A stretch of DNA of 64,000 nt from Phycisphaeraceae bacterium (GTDB lineage: Bacteria > Planctomycetota > Phycisphaerae > Phycisphaerales > Phycisphaeraceae). Below, piece by piece: positions 56,115 to 64,000 of this stretch; position 1 is the stretch's first letter, and every line of letters begins with the position of its first letter. The stretch is from positions 260 through 64,259 of the forward strand of contig JANQKT010000029.1 in assembly GCA_028280965.1 (NCBI GenBank). The letters are read 5' to 3'. Position numbers and translations under genes: made by a program. A model generated the notes under the pieces. The model did no database searches. It was not told where the DNA came from and worked only from the letters and a program-made list of their open reading frames with translations.

Positions 56115-56995
56115 GTAAGCGAGCCGCCCGACGAGCGACGACGCTGCGCCCCTACCGCGCGTGGACGCCCTACCTGTTCCTGCTGCCCGCGGCGGCGGTC
56201 CTGGGCACGTTCGTCCTCGCGGCGATGCTTCAGGTCGTCTACTTCTCCTTCACCGACCACAACGTCTTCCGCGGCGGGTCGTTCGTCGGGCTGGAGAACT
56301 ACCGGCGGCTCTTGAACGACGAGCGGTTCTGGTTCTGCCTGGGCAACAGCTTCTTCTACCTGCTGGTCACGCCGGTGCTGATGGCGCTGAGCCTGGGCGC
56401 GGCGATGGTCGTGCACGCGGGCCTGCGCGGGATGAGCCTCTTGCGCGTGCTGCTGTTCATGCCCGTCGTCACGCCGACGATCGTTGCGGCGATCGCCTTC
56501 CGCCTGCTGCTCGACGAAGACGGCGGGCTGATCAACGCGGCGCTGGACACCCTCGGCGTCGGCGGCGCGCCGTGGCTGACCGGCCACCCCTGGACCCTGG
56601 TCTCCGCGATGCTCGTCACGCTGTGGAAGGGCTTCGGCTACTACATGATGATCTTCCTGGCCGGGCTGATGGCCGTCCCGCGCGAGCTCGAGGAGGCCGC
56701 GGCGATCGACGGCGCGGGTCGCTTCCGCGTGTTCACCAACGTCACGCTGCCATCGCTGCGCCCGATCCTCGTGCTCGTCGCGGTCATCTCGTCGATCTCG
56801 GCGCTCAAGGTTTTTGACGAGCTGTTCATCACCGTCAAAGGCGTGCCGGTCTCGCAGCAGACGGTCGTGCCGCTGATCTACGACACCGCGTTTGTCCGCG
56901 GCGAGTTCGGGCTGGCGTGCGCGATCGGCGTCGTGCTGTTCGTCGTTGTGCTCCTGTTCTCGATGGTCCAGATGAGGATCGCGCGTGACCAATAA
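56111..56995 (+). CDS. Carbohydrate ABC transporter permease
   Basis: GLENYRRL, LWKGFGYYMMIFLAGL.AVP.ELEEAAAIDGA (EAA motif). Confidence 0.92.
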   Translation: MSKRAARRATTLRPYRAWTPYLFLLPAAAVLGTFVLAAMLQVVYFSFTDHNVFRGGSFVGLENYRRLLNDERFWFCLGNSFFYLLVTPVLMALSLGAAMVVHAGLRGMSLLRVLLFMPVVTPTIVAAIAFRLLLDEDGGLINAALDTLGVGGAPWLTGHPWTLVSAMLVTLWKGFGYYMMIFLAGLMAVPRELEEAAAIDGAGRFRVFTNVTLPSLRPILVLVAVISSISALKVFDELFITVKGVPVSQQTVVPLIYDTAFVRGEFGLACAIGVVLFVVVLLFSMVQMRIARDQ

Positions 56996-57848
56996 ACGGC
57001 CCATCTGGATGACGGCCCTGCTCTACGCCGGCGCGGGTGCGCTGGCGGTGGTCGCGTTCGGGCCGGCGCTGTGGCTGATCGCGACCGCGTTCGCCGGGCC
57101 CGGCGTGCCGATCAGCCGCCTGCCCGCGCCAATCGAGATGACGACGGACAACTTCGCCGGCGCGTGGGACGACGGCGGGCTGGGCGGGGTGAAGTCCGAA
57201 TCCGGCGGGACGCGCTGGTGGACCAGCCCGCTGGTCAACTCGATCCTCGTGACGCTCGCCCAGTCGGTGCTCAACGTGTTCCTCGCGGCGCTCGCGGCAT
57301 ACCCGCTCGCGCGCATGCGCTTCCGCGGACGCGGCCTGATCTTTATGCTCATCTTGGCGACGATCATGGTGCCCGAGCAGGTCATCGTCGTGCCCGTGTT
57401 CCAGACGGTCGTCGGGATGGGGCTCTACGACACGCTCGCCGCGGTCGTGCTGCCGTTCTCGGTCACGGCGTTCGGGGTGTACCTCTGCCGGCAGGCCTTC
57501 CTCGCGATCCCGACCGAGCTCGAGGAAGCGGCGCGCGTCGACGGCGCCAGCGCGCTGCGCATCTGGTGGCACGTCATGCTCCCGCTGGCCCGGCCGGCGC
57601 TCGCGACGCTCGCGGTGTTCAGCGTGATCGGCGCGTGGTCGAACCTGCTGTGGCCGCTGATCGTCCTGCAGAGCCGCGAGACCCACACCCTGCCGGTCGC
57701 GATCAACCAGCTGCTGGGCGTCTTCGCAACCAACGTCCGGTACGCGTACGCGGCGAGCGTGCTCGCGGTCCTGCCGGTCATCGGCTTCTACATCCTCGCG
57801 CAGAAGCAGCTCACGCGCGGCCTGCTCGCGGGCGCGGTCAAGGGGTAG
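56985..57848 (+). CDS. Carbohydrate ABC transporter permease
   Basis: NSILV, AAYPLAR..F.GR, ELEEAARVDGA, WSNLLWPL. Confidence 0.92.
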   Translation: MTNKRPIWMTALLYAGAGALAVVAFGPALWLIATAFAGPGVPISRLPAPIEMTTDNFAGAWDDGGLGGVKSESGGTRWWTSPLVNSILVTLAQSVLNVFLAALAAYPLARMRFRGRGLIFMLILATIMVPEQVIVVPVFQTVVGMGLYDTLAAVVLPFSVTAFGVYLCRQAFLAIPTELEEAARVDGASALRIWWHVMLPLARPALATLAVFSVIGAWSNLLWPLIVLQSRETHTLPVAINQLLGVFATNVRYAYAASVLAVLPVIGFYILAQKQLTRGLLAGAVKG

Positions 57849-57867
57849 ACGCCTCGGAGTTCTTGCC

Positions 57868-59949
57868 ATGAAACACCTCCTGCTGTCGATGTTCGCCGTG
57901 CTGTTGATCTGCCCGCGGGCTGTTGGTGAAGAGATCACGCTGCTCGATGAGGCCCCGGCCGAGCCGCGCGTGCTCACCGCCGAGCCCAACGCCGACGGCC
58001 GAGCGACCTGGTGGCTGCCCGCCGATGCGGCGAGCTACACCCTGCCGATCACCGCGGGCCTGCACGTCGCGCGCGACAACAAGGCGCTGCAGGACTGGCT
58101 GATCAAGCACAGCCCGTTCCATCTGCTCGAGCTGCCTGCGTTCGGCGGGGCCTACGGCGACCACGCGTTGACCATCATCGCGCCCTGGCCGCACTACGCC
58201 GAGCTCGTCGCCGAGCGCGATGAGGCGGGCCGGTTCCGCGTCGGCGTGCGTTTCTCGTTCCCCGAGAAGCGATTGGGCGCAACGCCCTGCGAGATCGTCG
58301 TCGTTCAGAGCACCCCCGAGCCGCTCGCGATCGCCAAAGCGTTCAGGCAGTGGCGCAAAACCGCTGCGGACCTCGGCGGGATCCCGAAACAGCGCACACT
58401 CACAGAGAAGGCCGAGGCCAACCCACGCATCGCGCGGCTGTTCGGTGCCCCGCATGTTTACCTCTGGGGGCCGGCGTTGTTCAGCCGGCATGATGTCGAC
58501 CGGCAGCGATGGATCGCTTTTGCCAAGACACTCGAGTCTGCGCCCGCCGATGGTTCGATCGGTCGACTGATCGAAACGTTTAACAAGACCGATCGCGCTG
58601 CGCTCGCGGAGCTAACGAACGCCGAGTGGCCGATGGTCTACCTGACGCGTCAGGTCGCCGACGCGATCGATCGCGGGCTGCGCGACCGCTCGTGGCTGAA
58701 CCAGCCGGACGACCGGCCGCTGATCGAAGTGATCACGGCCAACCGCACGGCGCTCGCCGAGGCTTACCCTGACTTGCTTAATCCCCCACAAACCTGGGGG
58801 GATGCGCTCTCGACGGCGATCATCGACGGGCTGCAGGATGCGGGGCTGGATCATGCGCTCTTGCTGCTCAGCGACCTGTACGCCGACGCGCCGCGCCCGG
58901 ATATTGCGAAGGCCGAGGAGGATGCGGGCTACCTGCTCGGGCGTTACGACAGCTACCACAGCGTACATGACCCCGACGCCGGGCCGGACCAGACCTGGGC
59001 GACGGCGCAGTTCGACCGCGTGGCGTACGAAGACGGTCGCATCCTCAACGCCGACGGCACCGGCCACCGCGGGTTCAAGGGCCGCGGCTACCACCTCGCG
59101 CCGAGGTTCGCGCTGCCCTACGTCCAGGCTCGCGTCAACGCGATCCTCGGCGGCATGCCGCAGAGCGCTTGGTTTATCGACTGCGACGCGGCGTATGAGT
59201 ACTTCGACGACTACCGGCCGGGTCGTTCGGCGACACGCGTCGATGATGTCAACGCCCGGCGTGAGCGCCTCCGCTGGCTTGAAGAAGAGCACCAACTCGT
59301 CGTCGGCAGCGAGGGCGGGTCGGCCCTGTTCAGCGACGTCATCGCGTACGGACAGGGCGTGCACACGCCCTACATCGACCACCTCGACCCGGCGTTTCGG
59401 GACCCGGACAACGCGAGCTTCCTCGGAAAACACTGGCCGCCCGACGCGCCGGGGCAATCATTTGACGAAGTCGTCGCCCCGGCTTCGGTGATCTCGCCGT
59501 TCTTCGACCCCACGGTCCGCGTCCCGCTGTATCGCGCGGCGTTGGGCGATCAGGTCGTCGTCACCCACCACTGGAGCCTGGATTCATTCAAGCTCAGCAA
59601 CGTCGAGGCGACGCGCGGGCTGATGGAGCTGCTCTACCTCGCTCCGCCGACGTACCACCTGAGCCGCGCGACGCTCGACGGACGCAAAGGCCGCATCGCG
59701 AAACACTGCGCGTTCTGGTCGCCGCTGCATCGGCGGTACGCCGCGGCCGAACTCATACGCTACGAGGTGCTGAGCAAGGACCGCCTGGTCCAACGCACGA
59801 CGTACGAGTTCGGTAAGCAGCGGCTGACGATGACCGTGAATTTTGATGTGCGAGAACGCCTGGGCCTGCCGGCGATGTCGGCGACGGCGGATGACAGCAT
59901 GAACGGGCAGCCGGTCGTCTACGTTACCCAGCACCCTGCGACGCCGTAA
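57868..59949 (+). CDS. Secreted glycoside hydrolase-like protein (GH129/GH101-like barrel)
   Basis: Signal peptide; YDSYH, WFIDCDA, VVGSEGG, VPLY.A...D.VV.THHW. Confidence 0.6.
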   Translation: MKHLLLSMFAVLLICPRAVGEEITLLDEAPAEPRVLTAEPNADGRATWWLPADAASYTLPITAGLHVARDNKALQDWLIKHSPFHLLELPAFGGAYGDHALTIIAPWPHYAELVAERDEAGRFRVGVRFSFPEKRLGATPCEIVVVQSTPEPLAIAKAFRQWRKTAADLGGIPKQRTLTEKAEANPRIARLFGAPHVYLWGPALFSRHDVDRQRWIAFAKTLESAPADGSIGRLIETFNKTDRAALAELTNAEWPMVYLTRQVADAIDRGLRDRSWLNQPDDRPLIEVITANRTALAEAYPDLLNPPQTWGDALSTAIIDGLQDAGLDHALLLLSDLYADAPRPDIAKAEEDAGYLLGRYDSYHSVHDPDAGPDQTWATAQFDRVAYEDGRILNADGTGHRGFKGRGYHLAPRFALPYVQARVNAILGGMPQSAWFIDCDAAYEYFDDYRPGRSATRVDDVNARRERLRWLEEEHQLVVGSEGGSALFSDVIAYGQGVHTPYIDHLDPAFRDPDNASFLGKHWPPDAPGQSFDEVVAPASVISPFFDPTVRVPLYRAALGDQVVVTHHWSLDSFKLSNVEATRGLMELLYLAPPTYHLSRATLDGRKGRIAKHCAFWSPLHRRYAAAELIRYEVLSKDRLVQRTTYEFGKQRLTMTVNFDVRERLGLPAMSATADDSMNGQPVVYVTQHPATP

Positions 59950-59965
59950 GCACGCGGCCGCATAC

Positions 59966-61180
59966 CTATTCATATAACAGGTATTTCGCCCGGCGTTTCT
60001 CGAAATCCGAAACGCCGCGCTCCGCCAACTCGACCAGTTCGGCCCACCCCGCTCCGCTATCGAGTTTCCGCATCACGCCGTCGTTACCGAGCAGGCGGAT
60101 ATAGCGCTCGCGTTGCCAGTCATCGGGGTAGAAGGTGCGCAGCGTTGAAGCAATCGCAAGACCGGTCGCAACCGGCTCGAACGCGTCGTGATCGGTGATG
60201 ACGACGTTGACCCCGCCACAATCCTGGTCCTTGTGTGTGCTCGCGTCAGGCATGAACCGGATCGGGACGAACTTGACCCCCGGAAGCTTCAGCCTATTGA
60301 GCGCGCCCGCGAATTCACGCTGCTCGATCCACGGTGCGCCGATGACCTCGAACGGCGTGTCCGTGCCCCGGCCGACCGACACGTTGGTCGTCTCCAGCAG
60401 CCCGACGCCCGGGTAGAGCAGCGCCTGGGTCACACTGCGCATGTTCGGCGAGGGGTTGACCCAGGTCAGGCCGGTGTCCGCCCACGTGTGCTTGCGCTGC
60501 CAGTTCTCGCATGTGATGACTTGCAGGTCCAGGTCGAGTTCGCGTTCGGCCCTGATCATCTTTGCGAGTTCGCCGATCGTCATGCCATGGCGGACCGGCA
60601 GTGTGTGCCAGCCGACAAACGACTCTTTGCCCGCGTCGAGCATCGGCCCGGCGACTTTGATGCCGCCAAGCGGGTTGGGCCGGTCGAGCACCACAAACTT
60701 CTTCCCGTGCTCCGCCGCCGCGGTCATCGCCTCGCCCATCGTTGAGATGTAGGTGTAAAAGCGTGTGCCGATGTCCTGGATATCGAAGACCAGCGTGTCC
60801 ACGCCCGCGAGCATCTCCGCCGTCGGCCGGCGCGTCTCGCCGTACAGGCTGTAGACCGGCAACCCGGTCGCGGGGTCCCTGCCGTGCGCGATGTCGGACT
60901 GGTCCAGCTTGCCCGCGATGCCGTGCTCGGGGCTGAACAGCAGCACGAGATCGACCCGATTGCTGTTGTGCAATACCTGCGCTGTCGGCCTGCCCTCACG
61001 CGTCAGCCCGGTGTGGTTGGTGATCAGCCCGATGCGCTGATTGGTAACAACATCGAACCCGTCTCGTACAAGAATATCGATGCCGGTAAGCGTGTGCCGC
61101 TCGTCGTCGGCCGACGCGGGGAACGCGATCACCAGCGTGAGAAACAATGCAGACAACAACATCATCGAAAACAGTTTCAT
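59966..61180 (-). CDS. namZ: Exo-beta-N-acetylmuramidase NamZ family (DUF1343)
   Basis: GID.L, RIGLITNHTG, LFSPEHG, SLYG, FDIQDIG.RFYTYIST, LDRPNP, PSPN. Confidence 0.88.
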   Translation of the reverse strand: MKLFSMMLLSALFLTLVIAFPASADDERHTLTGIDILVRDGFDVVTNQRIGLITNHTGLTREGRPTAQVLHNSNRVDLVLLFSPEHGIAGKLDQSDIAHGRDPATGLPVYSLYGETRRPTAEMLAGVDTLVFDIQDIGTRFYTYISTMGEAMTAAAEHGKKFVVLDRPNPLGGIKVAGPMLDAGKESFVGWHTLPVRHGMTIGELAKMIRAERELDLDLQVITCENWQRKHTWADTGLTWVNPSPNMRSVTQALLYPGVGLLETTNVSVGRGTDTPFEVIGAPWIEQREFAGALNRLKLPGVKFVPIRFMPDASTHKDQDCGGVNVVITDHDAFEPVATGLAIASTLRTFYPDDWQRERYIRLLGNDGVMRKLDSGAGWAELVELAERGVSDFEKRRAKYLLYE

Positions 61181-61197
61181 CTTGCCCTCTGTTTGTT

Positions 61198-62676
61198 TTA
61201 TGGTGTTCTCGTTTGATCCGTCTTGGGCATCAGCAGCGACACGACCCCGCCGACCGTTAGCGCGGTGCCCGAGCCAATGAGCGCCAGCCAGTGTGACGCG
61301 ACGACGATATCCCACCGCGGGAGGCCGAACTTCACGAAGCTCACGGCCGCCAGCGCCACCGCGGCCGCGATGAGCACGGCCGCCGTCCCCGCGCGCGGCA
61401 CGAGCATCGCCAGCGCGAACACGCCCAGCAGCACGCCGAACACAAAGCCCGCGATGCCGAGCACCGCGAAAACGACCGACGGCCCGCCCCACCACTGGGC
61501 CGTGATGCCGACCAGCATCTGCAGGCAGCCGAAACCGACCGCCATGACCTGCGAGACGCGCAGCATCCGCCGCTCGTTCATCGGTTGGCGCAGGAGCGGG
61601 CGTACGAAGTCGTTGAGCAGCGAAGAGGCGGATGCGCTGAACGAGCTGGACAGCGTGGACATCGTCGCCGCGAGGACCGCCGCGAGCATGAGCCCGGCGA
61701 GCCCGGAGTTGGTCGGGAAATAGTTCACGATGAAGTGCTGGTAGACCTGGTCGGCCTTTTCCGGCGCGTCCGCCCTGCCGTCATAGAAGATGCCGAGGCA
61801 GACACCGATGAATAGGAACAACGCGAACTGGAAGACGATGACCAGCCCGCTGACCGAGAGCGCGAGCGAGGCCTGTTGACGGGTCCTTGTGCTGAGGTAG
61901 CGCTGGACCATCATCTGGTCGGTGCCGTGCGTGCCCATGCCCAGCACCGCCCCGCCAAGGACGCTGGCCCAGACCTGGTTGTTCTCCGAGAGCGTGAAGC
62001 CGAAGTCGAAGGGATTGAGCTTGCCCGGCGGGATGCCGTCAAACATCGCGCCCCAACCGCCGGGGATCAGGTTGGCGAGGAAGAAGAGCGTCGCGATGCC
62101 GCCGGCGACGTAGATGAGCAGCTGGATGCAGTCGTTCCAGACGACCGACCGGATCCCGCCGAGGCAGGTGTAGACGATCGTGATGACGCCGGTGATGAGG
62201 ACGCACTCGATCAGTGAAAACCCGAGCAACACCTGCAGGACCAGCGCGCCCAGGTACAGCCGCAGGCCGTCGCCGATGTTGCGCGCGACCAGGAACATCG
62301 CGCCCGCGAATCTGCGGACCGTGATGCCGAACCGCTTCTCGAGCACCTCATAAGCACTGGTGAGCCTGCCTGAAAAGAAGAGCGGCATGAACACGGCCGC
62401 GACGACCAGCCGGCCGAGCAGCAGCCCGAAGCCGAACTGAAGGAACTTCATACCCACGTCGCCGTAACCGACACCGGTCACGCTCAGCACCGTCACCGCG
62501 CTGGTCTCGGTCGCAACGATCGATCCAAGGATCGCCCACCAGGGCATCGAGCGGTCGGCGTAGAGAAATGCGTCGGCCGACTTGTTCCGACGACTTGCCC
62601 ACAGCCCGATCCCCAGCGCACTGAGCAGCACGGCGACGAGCACGGTCACATCGATCCAGCCGAGGTTGATCGTCAT
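61198..62676 (-). CDS. Sodium:solute symporter family transporter
   Basis: SIVATETSA.T, GTDQMMVQRYLS, AATMSTLSSS; many TM segments. Confidence 0.9.
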   Translation of the reverse strand: MTINLGWIDVTVLVAVLLSALGIGLWASRRNKSADAFLYADRSMPWWAILGSIVATETSAVTVLSVTGVGYGDVGMKFLQFGFGLLLGRLVVAAVFMPLFFSGRLTSAYEVLEKRFGITVRRFAGAMFLVARNIGDGLRLYLGALVLQVLLGFSLIECVLITGVITIVYTCLGGIRSVVWNDCIQLLIYVAGGIATLFFLANLIPGGWGAMFDGIPPGKLNPFDFGFTLSENNQVWASVLGGAVLGMGTHGTDQMMVQRYLSTRTRQQASLALSVSGLVIVFQFALFLFIGVCLGIFYDGRADAPEKADQVYQHFIVNYFPTNSGLAGLMLAAVLAATMSTLSSSFSASASSLLNDFVRPLLRQPMNERRMLRVSQVMAVGFGCLQMLVGITAQWWGGPSVVFAVLGIAGFVFGVLLGVFALAMLVPRAGTAAVLIAAAVALAAVSFVKFGLPRWDIVVASHWLALIGSGTALTVGGVVSLLMPKTDQTRTP

Positions 62677-62741
62677 GCGTGGGCGGGGACCTGTCTATAT
62701 AGAAGGGGCGGGGTTTCAGGCCGATATTATAGAATGACGGG

Positions 62742-63683
62742 ATGACCGAAGCGCCAGAGCCATTCATCATCGGCGTTGATGGCGGGGGCACCAAGACCCA
62801 CGCCTGGCTGGCATGCGTGGATCGTGATGCCACGGGGCAGCTGCCCTTCACCGTGCTCGGTAAAGGCCGGGCCGGGCCGGCTAATCCCGCTTCTCTCGGT
62901 GTCGAGCGCTGTATTGAAACGGTTGCCGAAGCGGTCCGCGTGGCGTTTACCGATGCAGGCATCGCGCGGTGTGAAGTTGCAGCACTGTCAGCCGGTCTCG
63001 CGGGTGCGGGGCAGGCTGTGATCGCCGAGCAAGTGTGCGGATCACTTAGGGCATCACACATCGCCGAGCGCATCACGGTGGCCGATGATGTCTCGCCGGC
63101 CTGGCGCGCCGCGCGAGAAACCCTGCAAGCCCAAGGCGTTGAGCCGGCCTACCCCGCGATCGTGCTCGCGTCCGGCACCGGCGCGATAGCGTGGGGCATC
63201 GACGCGCGGGGCGGCACCGCCCGCGCCGGCGGGCTGGGCCCGCAACACGGCGACCCCGGCAGCGGCTACGCGATCGGTCAGGCGGCGCTGGACGCGGGGC
63301 TGGACCTGCCTGAAATCGTAACGCTGCGCCGTGCATCGCTTGACGCCGGCGCGCCGTCCAAGGTGACCGACATCGCCGGCCTTGCCCGAGCAGTGATCGA
63401 ACAATGCGACAAAATGCCCGCTGCCCGTGCGATCGTCGAGCGCATCGCCGACGACCTTTGCGCGTTCATCTGCGATGTCGCCGGACAACTCGGCGGCGAA
63501 CCCGGTGCGGGCCTGTCGCTGGTGATGACCGGCAGCGTGCTGTGCCAGGCGTCTGACGTCAGCGAAACGGTGATCTCCAAACTGATCTCCCGCGGCTACA
63601 AGCCGACAACAACCACGCGCATCGCCGACCCTGTGTTGGGATCGTTGCTGTCGGCTTGGGACATGCTGCGCGGTCGTGGCTGA
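62742..63683 (+). CDS. BadF/BadG-type sugar kinase (GlcNAc/MurNAc kinase-like)
   Basis: IGVDGGGTKT, GPAN, GLAG, ASGTG, GDPGSGY.IG. Confidence 0.82.
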   Translation: MTEAPEPFIIGVDGGGTKTHAWLACVDRDATGQLPFTVLGKGRAGPANPASLGVERCIETVAEAVRVAFTDAGIARCEVAALSAGLAGAGQAVIAEQVCGSLRASHIAERITVADDVSPAWRAARETLQAQGVEPAYPAIVLASGTGAIAWGIDARGGTARAGGLGPQHGDPGSGYAIGQAALDAGLDLPEIVTLRRASLDAGAPSKVTDIAGLARAVIEQCDKMPAARAIVERIADDLCAFICDVAGQLGGEPGAGLSLVMTGSVLCQASDVSETVISKLISRGYKPTTTTRIADPVLGSLLSAWDMLRGRG

Positions 63684-64000
63684 TCACTCGGCGTCTCCGG
63701 CCGCCGGCCCGCCGATCACATAGGCCACCCCGCCTTTGCCCAGCCAGGCGCGGGCGAGCTCTTCGGCGTTGTAGACGACCCCGTCGCCGGCGTTGTCGTC
63801 ACTCAGGGCCGGGTCGTTGACGATCGCGTCGCCGTCTGGAGTCAGGCCGCGGATGACGATGAGGTGCCCGTCGGTCTGGCCCATCGGGTTGCTGGGGAAC
63901 TCGCCTTCCTCGAAGCGGATCGAGGCGACGACCGGCCGGCCGCGCGCGATCGACGCCTTGAGCTGGTCCCACGTGCGGAAGCGCGCGGGCTCGGCGTCGA
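63684..64000 (-). CDS. Peptidase C39-like protein, C-terminal part; gene begins beyond the window
   Basis: GRPVVASI, GHLIVIRG, IVNDPA, AW..KGGVAY. Confidence 0.72.
   Translation of the reverse strand, partial: DAEPARFRTWDQLKASIARGRPVVASIRFEEGEFPSNPMGQTDGHLIVIRGLTPDGDAIVNDPALSDDNAGDGVVYNAEELARAWLGKGGVAYVIGGPAAGDAE

Noticed and set aside
33185-63683. Many long alternative-frame ORFs (e.g. 40819-42549, 54774-55859, 55850-57004, 56835-57989)
   Set aside because: They are antisense or off-frame shadows of well-supported GC-rich genes and have no motifs.

Overview
GC-rich bacterial window, most likely a planctomycete of the Phycisphaerae type. This assignment is inferred from many PEP-CTERM proteins, prepilin-type/H-X9-DG (DUF1559-like) proteins, ECF sigma-FecR pairs and a planctomycete-type integrase relic. 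There are three zones. (1) 1-11.7 kb, housekeeping: accC end, flavodoxin-like gene, aat, a Rieske-TPP enzyme fusion, two divergent tRNA-Thr genes and a mobA-moaA-moaD-moaE-moeA-moaC-mog operon. (2) 11.7-33.1 kb, an accessory region built on tRNA-Gly(CCC). It has one intact tRNA and two extra copies of promoter plus tRNA 5' half, which delimit two integrase-free cargo cassettes. A ~6 kb inversion (26193-32159) can be reconstructed because it splits both an hsdR relic (which rejoins in frame) and an integrase relic; undoing it puts all three tRNA copies in direct orientation. The cassettes carry two candidate undescribed defence systems. One is a HAD-SIR2-SLOG (ThsA-like) protein with a HExxH partner, facing a nucleotidyltransferase plus methyltransferase pair, with no TIR gene recognised. 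The other is a degenerate SIR2-STAND-TPR protein translationally coupled to a stand-alone TOPRIM nuclease. (3) 33.1-64 kb, glycan utilisation: two parallel ECF-FecR-PEP-CTERM-DUF1559 modules, sulfatases, beta-propeller glycosidase-like paralogs, a sugar ABC transporter, a GH129-like enzyme and a NamZ/SSS/sugar-kinase cluster. All family calls come from motif recognition by eye; no searches were run.
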